In this document: positions 1-7,419 of the stretch, piece by piece
Layout of the letters: each line of letters begins with the position of its first letter
Numbering within the stretch: the stretch's first letter is position 1
Position numbers and translations under genes: made by a program
Assembly (NCBI GenBank): GCA_016188205.1
Contig: JACPIG010000061.1
Span: 1-32,845, forward strand
Source: Candidatus Woesearchaeota archaeon
Lineage (GTDB): Archaea > Nanobdellota > Nanobdellia > Woesearchaeales > UBA10216
Direction of reading: 5' to 3'
Length of the DNA stretch: 32,845 nt
Notes under the pieces: generated by a model
The model's database searches: none
Told to the model about the DNA's origin: nothing
What the model saw: the letters and a program-made list of their open reading frames with translations, nothing else

Positions 1-243
1 AAAGTTCAGGGGGTTTTCTACAGGGACTTTGTCAGGAAAGAGGCAGACAAGTTTGGAATAAGCGGCTTTGTAAGGAACCTACAGGACGGAACTGTTGAGA
101 TAGTCGCAGAAGGGGAAGAAGACAAGCTGAACATATTCATACGCGAATGCAAGCGCGGCTCTCTCCTTGCGTTTGTAAAGAACGCCGAAATAAAGTATGA
201 GCAGCCGACAGGCGAGTTTGAGGGGTTTGGGATAAGGTTTTAG
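1..243 (+). CDS. acyP: Acylphosphatase (5'-partial; missed by the ORF track)
   Basis: Frame 1 reads KVQGVFYRDFVRKEADKFGISGFVRNLQDGTVEIVAEG...GFGIRF*. This matches the (G)xVQGVxxR phosphate-binding loop and GxVRNxxDGxVE signature. TAG at 241-243. Confidence 0.95.
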   Translation, partial: KVQGVFYRDFVRKEADKFGISGFVRNLQDGTVEIVAEGEEDKLNIFIRECKRGSLLAFVKNAEIKYEQPTGEFEGFGIRF

Positions 244-266
244 GTTTTCTTGTACCTTATTTTTTC

Positions 267-422
267 CTATATAAAACCGGTTTTCTGCTTTATTGAACGC
301 AGCAGTTGCATTTCTTCAGTATTATCCTTGCCATCTCTTAGCTGCTGCCCAACTATTTCATTCAGCCGTTTATACTCGGAGTCGGCCTCATCAAGAAGAA
401 TTACCCTCACTGGCTTATTCAT
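267..422 (-). pseudogene. Truncated small gene coupled to the upstream wHTH gene; probable N-terminal remnant of a toxin-like partner (51 aa)
   Basis: Manually translated as MNKPVRVILLDEADSEYKRLNEIVGQQLRDGKDNTEEMQLLRSIKQKTGFI*. ATGA overlap with the 419-703 stop. An out-of-frame YRKK* tail lies at 257-271. Confidence 0.5.
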
Positions 423-703
423 ATTTCAGTTCCTCTTCTTATCAGCTTGTTTAATTCGCTTCTCTCCTCAAATACCCATAGAATGCCCTTTGTGCCAATA
501 ATTATTTTCCCACTAAATTGCAGATAATCCAGTATGCGCAGAAGCGTTTGGTGCATCACTTTTTTAGGCAGGCCATTTTTCAATTCTGCCAACGTCATTA
601 AGTCGCCGCTATTTTTCAATGCATCTTCAACCATAAGAATGGTGTTCAGTGTAGGGGAATGCGCTAATTTTTCCTTACTTTTAACATGTATTGTCTGTGG
701 CAT
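419..703 (-). CDS. Small winged-helix protein, putative antitoxin/transcription regulator
   Basis: 94 aa with HSPTLNTILMVE...LAELKNGLPKKVMHQTLLRILDYLQFSGKI, a wHTH pattern. AT-rich promoter upstream. Confidence 0.7.
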   Translation of the reverse strand: MPQTIHVKSKEKLAHSPTLNTILMVEDALKNSGDLMTLAELKNGLPKKVMHQTLLRILDYLQFSGKIIIGTKGILWVFEERSELNKLIRRGTEI

Positions 704-846
704 TTTTATATCTTATTCATATATACTTATATCTTGTAAGAATGTTTTTATATATAAACTTTTCTGTTTAATGCGCACACCCTGACAGCCTATGCCCGCA
801 GGTTTAGTGCATTAAATATATAAAAGGAGCATAATTACCCTTTTGT

Positions 847-1494
847 ATGGTAACTGTGGATGATACTGTTCAGGAGATTTACAGAGAGTTGATGCAGGTT
901 TCTGATACACAACAGCTTCTTACTCAACTGTCAGGCTTGGGAAGGGAAGCACAAGGCTACATGGGTTCATGGTCATCGTATAGGTATAGCGACAGCCGAA
1001 GGTTAAGGGCAGATAGCGTCAGAAGGTTTTGTGAAGCACAGCGCGACTATGCCATTGTTGCAGCAAGGGTGGCTGCACAATCAGACGATGATTCTGCAAA
1101 AGGTAAGCTGCTAGAGATTGCTGAAGAATACCAGCTTATGGCAAGGGCTGCTCCCGAACTTACACTAGAACTGTCACCTGTAATGATGGACGCCCAAGAC
1201 CTGTTAGACAGGACAACAAGCTGTTTGAAAGGTTTTGCATCAAAAATGAATGAAGCACAGAGTTCTTTAGCGACATACGCAAATCCTCCGCCCAGTCACC
1301 CGAAACAGGTTTCATTAGTTTCTTTTTGTATTGCACAAGAGGAGGTTCAAAGATGTGCCGCAGAACTTGCAGGACTAAATGGGCTTTATCATGTAAGCCA
1401 AAGTCTTTCTCAAATAAGCGGTGTGTATTCTGCATTAGGTATGAGCCTGTGTCATAGAATCAGCGCAGTTGCAATTGCAGAGATTAGCCATTAA
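847..1494 (+). CDS. Hypothetical all-helical protein
   Basis: 215-aa ORF with a TATA-like element (AAATATATAAAA) about 25 nt upstream. No recognised motif. Confidence 0.7.
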   Translation: MVTVDDTVQEIYRELMQVSDTQQLLTQLSGLGREAQGYMGSWSSYRYSDSRRLRADSVRRFCEAQRDYAIVAARVAAQSDDDSAKGKLLEIAEEYQLMARAAPELTLELSPVMMDAQDLLDRTTSCLKGFASKMNEAQSSLATYANPPPSHPKQVSLVSFCIAQEEVQRCAAELAGLNGLYHVSQSLSQISGVYSALGMSLCHRISAVAIAEISH

Positions 1495-1503
1495 GGCTAT
1501 GTT

Positions 1504-2166
1504 CTACTTTTCTACATAACGCAATCTTGCGTTTAGCAATGTCTCGAAAGCAAACGGCATTTTCCTTCTAGATTTAGCATCAGTAACTACCTCATGGAAT
1601 TTGGATGCGAAATACCATGATGCTGCACCTGCGGCTACAGCAGACAGAGCGTTTGTTCTTAAATGCTCATGTAATATGAAAGCCATAGCAGCGGAAAACA
1701 GCGTGACGGCAAGAATTTGGTATTTGATATCCGAAGCAATAAAATCAGCAACTGATCTTCCGGGTTTAGGAGTGCGCGCTTCCTTGAGATTCTCCTCCAG
1801 TCCGGCCTGCCAGGCGCTTTGAAACTCTGACACGGAAATTCCCACATCCCCTGTATGCCGCACACTATAAACATCTATGGCAGGTACTGCGACAGGCTGC
1901 CCGAAACTGTCAATAACGGGCTTTATGGCACTGTAAAATTCTCTTGGTATTATCCCCATAAGGTCTGTGACTAAATCAGCAGCGCTTCCTGCTGCCCCAT
2001 TTTCAGAAGCCGCTTGCTCTCTGCCACCTTTACCTTTAGCAGAGCCATTTATAGCCACAACTATTTCGTAGGGCGAGATGTAAGCTGCATATCTTCTGCC
2101 ATTCGCTTCCTTAACAACAGTGGCTTCCAAATCGCCCATGCTTGTGGGAACTGTTGGATTTGCCAT
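1504..2166 (-). CDS. Hypothetical membrane protein (two C-terminal hydrophobic helices)
   Basis: ORF track gives 1504-2223, but the ATG at 2166 (MANPTVP) avoids overlap with cdc6. Hydrophobic segments ILAVTLFSAAMAFIL and ALSAVAAGAASWYFA. Confidence 0.65.
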   Translation of the reverse strand: MANPTVPTSMGDLEATVVKEANGRRYAAYISPYEIVVAINGSAKGKGGREQAASENGAAGSAADLVTDLMGIIPREFYSAIKPVIDSFGQPVAVPAIDVYSVRHTGDVGISVSEFQSAWQAGLEENLKEARTPKPGRSVADFIASDIKYQILAVTLFSAAMAFILHEHLRTNALSAVAAGAASWYFASKFHEVVTDAKSRRKMPFAFETLLNARLRYVEK

Positions 2167-2191
2167 TTTTCTTTGGTTTGGGCACTTCGCA

Positions 2192-3268
2192 TCAAAACTC
2201 AGTAAGCTTCTTGTCACCGACAATGCTCACAATTGTAGTCTTGCCCTCTGCGCCTCCTGAAACCCTGTCAAGAACCACATACCTGTCCTTCTCAAACCTG
2301 TCTATGCGGCGCTGGAAAGTCCTGTAAACAGCCTTGCCTCCAGCTTCCTGATAAGCCCTGTAAAGGTCGCCAATCTTCTGTCCGGAGTTCTTCCTTATTA
2401 TGTCAAGCATCAGCCTGTCTTCCTCTTCAAGCCCTGAAGAGTCCTTGCCGCTTGCGCTGAAGTCGTCAAGGCTTCCCAGGGCATGAAGCACGTGTTCCTT
2501 CGCGACTTTTCTTGATGCCCTTTCCTCTGCATGCAGGGCTGCCTGCCTCATGAGGAACAAGCCGCGCCTTATGTCCTGCATCTCAAACGCCTTTTCAGCA
2601 ACGACAGCAAACGCATCATCATCCCAGGAGCCGGGAACAAACGCATACTCCATTCGCTGCTTCAGGATGCCTTTTGTCTCCTCAGAATTGTAAGGCTTAA
2701 ACTCGCAGCTTTCAGGCATGAGCCTGCTCCGTATGCGCGAGTCAAGGGAAGCAAGCCAGTTCCTGTCATTGGTAATTGTGATAATGGCTTTTTTGTATAC
2801 TTCCTCAAGGACCATGTACAGGAAATCGTAGTCCTGAAGCTTGTCAATCTCGTCAAAGACAAAAACAGCAGCTTTCTTGTTAAGCATCTGCTTTATGACC
2901 ATGAAAAGCTCGTCAGAGCGCTTGTTCTGCGTGAACTTATACCCGATAACATTGCACATCTCCAGAAAAACCTTGAAGCTTGAGTTGTGCTGCCAGCAGT
3001 TAACATAAACAGGAATTATGTCGTCTGTCTGCTCCTCAATCTCGTTAAGCACGTGCCTGCACGCAACAGTCTTGCCAATGCCTGGGCTGCCGCAAATGAA
3101 AAGGTTCCTGCCGCTGCGCTGCTGGAAAAGCGGCTTTATGCAGGCAGCTACCTGCCTCTGCTCACTCTCCCTGTAAGGAACAAGCTTAGGGATGAATGAA
3201 TAGTCCAAAGCAATCTCGTTCCTGAAAAGAGACTCTCCAGAGCCAAGCATATCCCTGAACAGCGCCAT
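2192..3268 (-). CDS. cdc6: Cdc6/Orc1-family AAA+ replication initiator
   Basis: N-terminal LFRNEIALDYSFIPKLVPYRESE, Walker A GSPGIGKT, YVNC motif, Walker B VFVFDEID, LDSRIRSRL, FKPY, and a short C-terminal winged helix. Confidence 0.92.
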   Translation of the reverse strand: MALFRDMLGSGESLFRNEIALDYSFIPKLVPYRESEQRQVAACIKPLFQQRSGRNLFICGSPGIGKTVACRHVLNEIEEQTDDIIPVYVNCWQHNSSFKVFLEMCNVIGYKFTQNKRSDELFMVIKQMLNKKAAVFVFDEIDKLQDYDFLYMVLEEVYKKAIITITNDRNWLASLDSRIRSRLMPESCEFKPYNSEETKGILKQRMEYAFVPGSWDDDAFAVVAEKAFEMQDIRRGLFLMRQAALHAEERASRKVAKEHVLHALGSLDDFSASGKDSSGLEEEDRLMLDIIRKNSGQKIGDLYRAYQEAGGKAVYRTFQRRIDRFEKDRYVVLDRVSGGAEGKTTIVSIVGDKKLTEF

Positions 3269-3338
3269 AAAAGGAAGAGTGGCTGGACATTATATATAGT
3301 TTTCTGCAAAGAAGCGTGAATTATTGCCCCATTATTGC

Positions 3339-3647
3339 CTATTGCCTCTTATAGCGCTGCCACTGCTGCTGCTGAACAGGTTGCTGCTGGCTCTGCCTGT
3401 ATTGCTGTTGCTGCGGACTGTATTGCTGCTTATCATATTGCTGTTGCTGTTGCGCTGAATAACCTGCCAGCCTGCCTTCTCCTTTTCCTTTCTGCATTAT
3501 TATCTTTATCACTCCCCACGCAACAAGAATTGTGCCTGCAATTATGAACAACGTCATTGCGGCGCTGCCCTGGCTGACGTTGATGTAGACCGAAAGGCCA
3601 GCTACAAGCACGCCGATTATTACAAATACGAACCCGGGAATATCCAT
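3339..3647 (-). CDS. Small 2-TM membrane protein with Gln-rich C-terminal tail
   Basis: Two hydrophobic helices followed by QQQQQYDKQQYSPQQQQYRQSQQQPVQQQQWQ. TATA element about 22 nt upstream. Confidence 0.75.
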   Translation of the reverse strand: MDIPGFVFVIIGVLVAGLSVYINVSQGSAAMTLFIIAGTILVAWGVIKIIMQKGKGEGRLAGYSAQQQQQYDKQQYSPQQQQYRQSQQQPVQQQQWQRYKRQ

Positions 3648-3691
3648 CTGCTGTAATTAGAAAGCTGTATATATAAATTTTTGGCGAGATG

Positions 3692-4885
3692 CTAAGGCAG
3701 GGAAGGAATTGGCACAGAATCAGCAACTTTTATTTCCTTCTTCTCCCTAATTTTTATTTCCGTCTTTTTTTCGGCTTGTGTTTTGTTTTCAGCTTCCTCC
3801 TTAACCTTTTCCCTTATTTTTATCTCAGCTTTGGCAGTCCTGTTTGTAGTCTTAGTAACAGAATCACTTATTCTGATTTTCTTCTCAGCATCTATTCCTG
3901 TTTCCTCATCCTCTTCTTTCTCTTCCTCCCTTTCCTCTTTCTCTTCCTTTTTCTCCTCCCCTCTCTCAAGCCCGCGCTCAAGCCTTCTCTCAGCATTTTT
4001 TACCAGCTGCCTGGCTGCGTTCGCCTGCCCGTAAGCCTCGCCGAACTTTGAATTGTTAAGGGCGGTTCTGGCACTGGCTATCTTTTCCTCAGCAAGGAAA
4101 AGCAGCTTTTCAATCTCCGCGCCTGTAGTGGCATTTGTAGCATTTGTGGCGTTTGCAGCAAGCTTCGCTCTCAATTCTGCAAGCGATTCGTCAGCATCTC
4201 TTATGGCTTCTTCTGCCTTTTCCCGCCTTTCCGAAAGCCCGCTCCTTATCTCCTTCAGCTTTTTCTGCTCATCCCTGACCCTTTCCTTTATCAGCAGCCT
4301 TGATTTCTCTCTGTCATCTCTCGCGTCTTCCTTTATTTCAATCCTTACCTTCGTCTCAATAGAGCGGTTAAGCGCTTTTTCAATTGCAGGCTTGGCTTCC
4401 TCAGGGAGCCTATCCAGAAGAAGCTGCAGCATAATGCCGCTTTTTCCAAGCATCTCCTGGCGTTCCCTTACAGAGCCATTCCCCTCATCTGAAAGCTCCA
4501 CTTCACTTTCAAACCGCATTACTGACTCTTTCGCCTTCCCAGTCATGTTCCTGTCTGCCAGCGCCCTCGCCTCGGCAAGCCGCTTCCCAGCCATCCTCAA
4601 ATGGAGACTTGCCTTCTTTTCCCTGTCAAACTCCACCAAAAGCTGCACTTTCTCTTTTGCCGCTTTCAGGAAATACAAAGGGTGCCCGGGCAGAAGCCCT
4701 GGGTCTGAAAAAGCTGTCTCAGCAGAATCAATCTCAGCGTCTGTAAGGGTTGAGTCTGTGAAGTTGAGCTTAGCGAATGACTGCTCACCGAGCTGCGCAC
4801 TCGCAAATGACGCAAGAACAGCAATCATAACTGCCATAACTGCCGCAATCAAAACCCGTGCGCGTTTTTTGCCTGTTTTCATCAT
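3692..4885 (-). CDS. Secreted coiled-coil protein with DUF5667-like domain
   Basis: Signal peptide KKRARVLIAAVMAVMIAVLASFASA; PGLLPGHPLYFLK...EKVQL...KRLAEA motif typical of DUF5667; charged helical body; NATNATNAT sequons. Confidence 0.8.
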   Translation of the reverse strand: MMKTGKKRARVLIAAVMAVMIAVLASFASAQLGEQSFAKLNFTDSTLTDAEIDSAETAFSDPGLLPGHPLYFLKAAKEKVQLLVEFDREKKASLHLRMAGKRLAEARALADRNMTGKAKESVMRFESEVELSDEGNGSVRERQEMLGKSGIMLQLLLDRLPEEAKPAIEKALNRSIETKVRIEIKEDARDDREKSRLLIKERVRDEQKKLKEIRSGLSERREKAEEAIRDADESLAELRAKLAANATNATNATTGAEIEKLLFLAEEKIASARTALNNSKFGEAYGQANAARQLVKNAERRLERGLERGEEKKEEKEEREEEKEEDEETGIDAEKKIRISDSVTKTTNRTAKAEIKIREKVKEEAENKTQAEKKTEIKIREKKEIKVADSVPIPSLP

Positions 4886-4940
4886 GCTGCCCTCAACACT
4901 TGCATCCGTGTTTTTATATTTTGCTTTTTTGCCTTATAAT

Positions 4941-5090
4941 AGCAAAACACATTAATTTATGAACATTTTGTGTGTTTTGCTAAATATCAAATTGCAACTT
5001 CAATGTTCAATTATTATTGCAATTTGATATAATATAAAAAATGCCAGGCTGCCTTTGGGAAAGGGGTGCGAAGAACCTGGCAGCCAGGCA
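4941..5090. repeat. Three consecutive inverted repeats; the last is a probable terminator of the 5101-6120 gene
   Basis: AGCAAAACACA (4941-4951)/TGTGTTTTGCT (4971-4981); ATATCAAATTGCAA (4984-4997)/TTGCAATTTGATAT (5017-5030); TGCCAGGCTGCC (5042-5053)/GGCAGCCAGGCA (5079-5090, 1 mismatch), followed by a T-run on the minus strand. Confidence 0.75.
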
Positions 5091-5100
5091 AAAATCGGGC

Positions 5101-6120
5101 TTATCCAAGCCCAACTCCAACTCCTCCTGAAGCGGCTGCTCCAACTCCTCCCGAAGCTCCTGCTCCAGCCTCTCCGGAAGCTCTCACTCTAACTCCTCCG
5201 GAAGAATCTGCGTTCCCGGAACCGGCTGATGCAACTGTACTTGCGCCTGCCCCATTTTCCCCGGGTCTGGCAACAATTCTTGTTCCCATTTCCACAGACG
5301 TTACGACGCCTGTTTCTGCCTCTACCCGGACCTCGTAGCTTTTCTCAAGCTCGTAAGCACCTGCGCTCTCAGTCCTGCTTCCTGTCACGACATAATAAGT
5401 CGTGTTGCCCCTGGCCTCGGTGCTGACATTTGATGCTTTGAAGCGCATATCCTTCTCAACCATCTCTTTCGCTTCTTCCTCAGTCAGCCCGCCATTGCCT
5501 TCTCCTTTTGCCTCCAGCCTTATCAGAGAGCCCAGCTCGCCTTCCAGGTTAAGCCCGTGCGCAACTTCAGACCTCTCTATCGCTTCTGCGCTTTCATCTG
5601 CCTCGCGTTCAAGCTCCGCATCACCCTCTGCCTTTGCCTTCAGCTGCAGCTTTCTCAGCTGAGCGGTTGCCTTCAGGTGCTCCCTTATTATTGCCCTGTG
5701 CTCTTCCTGGAATGCCTTTATCGCTTCCTTCTTCTCCCCAGAGCTCATGCTGCTGTTGCTGAAGTTTCCGAGCAACCCTGCTTTCAGCTCAAGCCATGCC
5801 TTCTGCCTTTCCCTGAGCTTCTCATTCCTTTCCTTCAAAAGCTCCAGCTTTGCCTTCTTATCAAACGCCAGAACTGACCTGACATTGAAGACAAAGTCGC
5901 CAAATGCCTCGCCTACCATTCTCAGCCTCAGGCCTTTCCCAGCCTTTGCAGTCTCACTTGCACTTGCACCCGCACTTGCCTGCACACCTGCCTGCGAGCC
6001 TGCATGCGCTGATGGCACTGCCTGCCCTTCTGCCTGTACTGACTGCTCTGCTGCAATGGCAGGCACTGCAAAAACCATCACAGCCACAAGCAGCGCAACC
6101 AGCTGCTTTACATTCGCCAT
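5101..6120 (-). CDS. Secreted/surface protein: coiled coil, PepSY-like C-terminal region and Gly/Ala/Ser-rich tail
   Basis: GGAGGTG RBS precedes the ATG at 6120 (track start 6192 is probably too long). Signal peptide MANVKQLVALLVAVMVFAVPAIA; LTEEEAKEMVEK...YEVRVEAETGVV resembles PepSY. Confidence 0.75.
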   Translation of the reverse strand: MANVKQLVALLVAVMVFAVPAIAAEQSVQAEGQAVPSAHAGSQAGVQASAGASASETAKAGKGLRLRMVGEAFGDFVFNVRSVLAFDKKAKLELLKERNEKLRERQKAWLELKAGLLGNFSNSSMSSGEKKEAIKAFQEEHRAIIREHLKATAQLRKLQLKAKAEGDAELEREADESAEAIERSEVAHGLNLEGELGSLIRLEAKGEGNGGLTEEEAKEMVEKDMRFKASNVSTEARGNTTYYVVTGSRTESAGAYELEKSYEVRVEAETGVVTSVEMGTRIVARPGENGAGASTVASAGSGNADSSGGVRVRASGEAGAGASGGVGAAASGGVGVGLG

Positions 6121-6217
6121 ACAAACCACCTCCGTCTTGTTTTGCATTTCGTTTTGCATTTCGCTTTTTGTTTTCAAATCAAACCGCTGCAATTTCTTTG
6201 CAACACCCCATAGTATG

Positions 6218-6271
6218 TTGTTTCAACTATTACTTTTGTACGTGAAACAATTGTGAAACAATATAGAAACA
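6218..6271. promoter_or_regulatory. Phased GAAACA repeats, putative operator upstream of the surface-protein gene
   Basis: GAAACA at 6244, 6255 and 6266 (exact 11-bp period; GTGAAACAAT twice), plus the inverted copy TTGTTTCA at 6218-6225. Confidence 0.55.
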
Positions 6272-6317
6272 GCAGAAAAAGCGCTTATGGTTGTTTAGAT
6301 ACTGCCTGTTCAACGTG

Positions 6318-6412
6318 AGCTGACCGTGGTCTTACCAGACTGATTTTCTCTCCCCCACGGTAAGCGAGGGGGAGAGAAAATCACCTGAGCGTTAGCTCAG
6401 GCACGGTCAGCT
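6318..6412. ncRNA. Intergenic structured element forming a perfect four-way junction (ncRNA or REP/MITE-like)
   Basis: Outer stem 6318-6328/6402-6412 (11 bp); hairpins 6329-6340 (4 bp), 6341-6383 (16 bp) and 6384-6401 (7 bp); no unpaired bases at the junction. The structure is certain; the RNA function is not. Confidence 0.5.
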
Positions 6413-6455
6413 TGTCCCACACGAAAACCAAACAGTATCAATTTATCATTGTTGC

Positions 6456-7325
6456 CTATTTCAGCCAGAATAGCTTATTTGTTCTGCCCTGTGCATCCTT
6501 CCTGATAAGCCCCTTATTCTCCAAAACCCTGACAATCCTTGTTGCCTTAGCCCTTGAGAACTGAAGCTCCTTCTGCATATCTCTCTGCACACAGACCTTT
6601 CTCTTCTGGAGATAAAGCACAGCCCTCTTCTCGTCCTCCCTGAAACCAGTAAGGAAGGAATCTTTTGCCTTATTCCTGAAGTTTGCGAACATCATAAAAA
6701 TAATTCCCGTAGCCACGGCTGCAAAAACAGCTGCAGCAAAAAGCCAGAGCCCGCTTTCCACCCCCCCTCCGGCGAACTTGACAGAAAAAAGCGCCTGGTC
6801 AATATCCAGAAGTTCCCAGCCGAGAATAATCCTCCTGCCGTCAGAAAAGATGCCTGCGCCGTAAGGCCTGTAAGAGTCCTGATAAATAGCGTATCCCTCC
6901 GGAAGCTTCACTTTTGCATCAAGCTGCGCCACAGGGCTGCCAAACCTCAGCTCTGTGAAGAAGTGGCTTACAGAGCCACTCTGGAAAACCATGCGGTCAG
7001 AAACATAGGAAATTGTAAGGTTTCTCGTCCCTTCCGGCACTGAAACGTGAAGCACGTATTTGCCATCGCTGCCTGAAATCCCATGCACAAGCTGCTGCTC
7101 ACCAGCCACTGCATTTACGTCCCTGACTTCTTCACCAAGCGTATAATTAAGAACCCCAGAAACAGGGCTGCTGAAATAATAGCTTGTTTCCTGCCTGACA
7201 GAGTAATCGGGCTGGATGTCAAACTCAACGCTTACTGACTCAATTCTTTCCTCTGCTCTTAAAGGCGCGGCAAGCAGAAGCGCGCAGACTGTGAGCATCA
7301 GCACAATTATCAGCACTTTCCCCAT
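6456..7325 (-). CDS. Membrane-anchored transcription regulator (signal peptide, extracellular beta domain, TM helix, C-terminal wHTH)
   Basis: ATG at 7325 lies about 23 nt after TTTATATA. TM LWLFAAAVFAAVATGIIFMMF; C-terminal EDEKRAVLYL...QRDMQKELQFSRAKATRIVRVLENKGLIRK...GRTNKL. Confidence 0.85.
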   Translation of the reverse strand: MGKVLIIVLMLTVCALLLAAPLRAEERIESVSVEFDIQPDYSVRQETSYYFSSPVSGVLNYTLGEEVRDVNAVAGEQQLVHGISGSDGKYVLHVSVPEGTRNLTISYVSDRMVFQSGSVSHFFTELRFGSPVAQLDAKVKLPEGYAIYQDSYRPYGAGIFSDGRRIILGWELLDIDQALFSVKFAGGGVESGLWLFAAAVFAAVATGIIFMMFANFRNKAKDSFLTGFREDEKRAVLYLQKRKVCVQRDMQKELQFSRAKATRIVRVLENKGLIRKDAQGRTNKLFWLK

Positions 7326-7419
7326 ACAGCCGCGATTGGTTTTCATGTATATAAATATTGCCAGATAAAACCACAAGTTTTGCAAAGGCTTTATAATTGT
7401 GCCTCAACCCCCTGCCATT

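Noticed and set aside
3269..3338. Replication origin next to cdc6
   Set aside because: The intergenic gap is only about 70 bp and shows no ORB-like repeat (TCCA..GGA with G-string).
6139..6162. 12-bp tandem duplication (GTTTTGCATTTC)x2 translated as an N-terminal extension of the surface protein
   Set aside because: It lies upstream of the strong RBS and signal peptide, so it is probably untranslated leader slippage with no evident function.
4053..6256. Long plus-strand ORFs (4053-4955, 5747-6256 and others)
   Set aside because: Ser/Phe/Leu-rich antisense shadows of Glu/Lys-rich minus-strand genes.
6318..6412. tRNA or simple terminator interpretation of the cloverleaf
   Set aside because: No T-loop GTTC, D-loop or 7-nt anticodon loop, and stem lengths are wrong for tRNA. 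There is no adjacent U-tract and the structure is multibranched.
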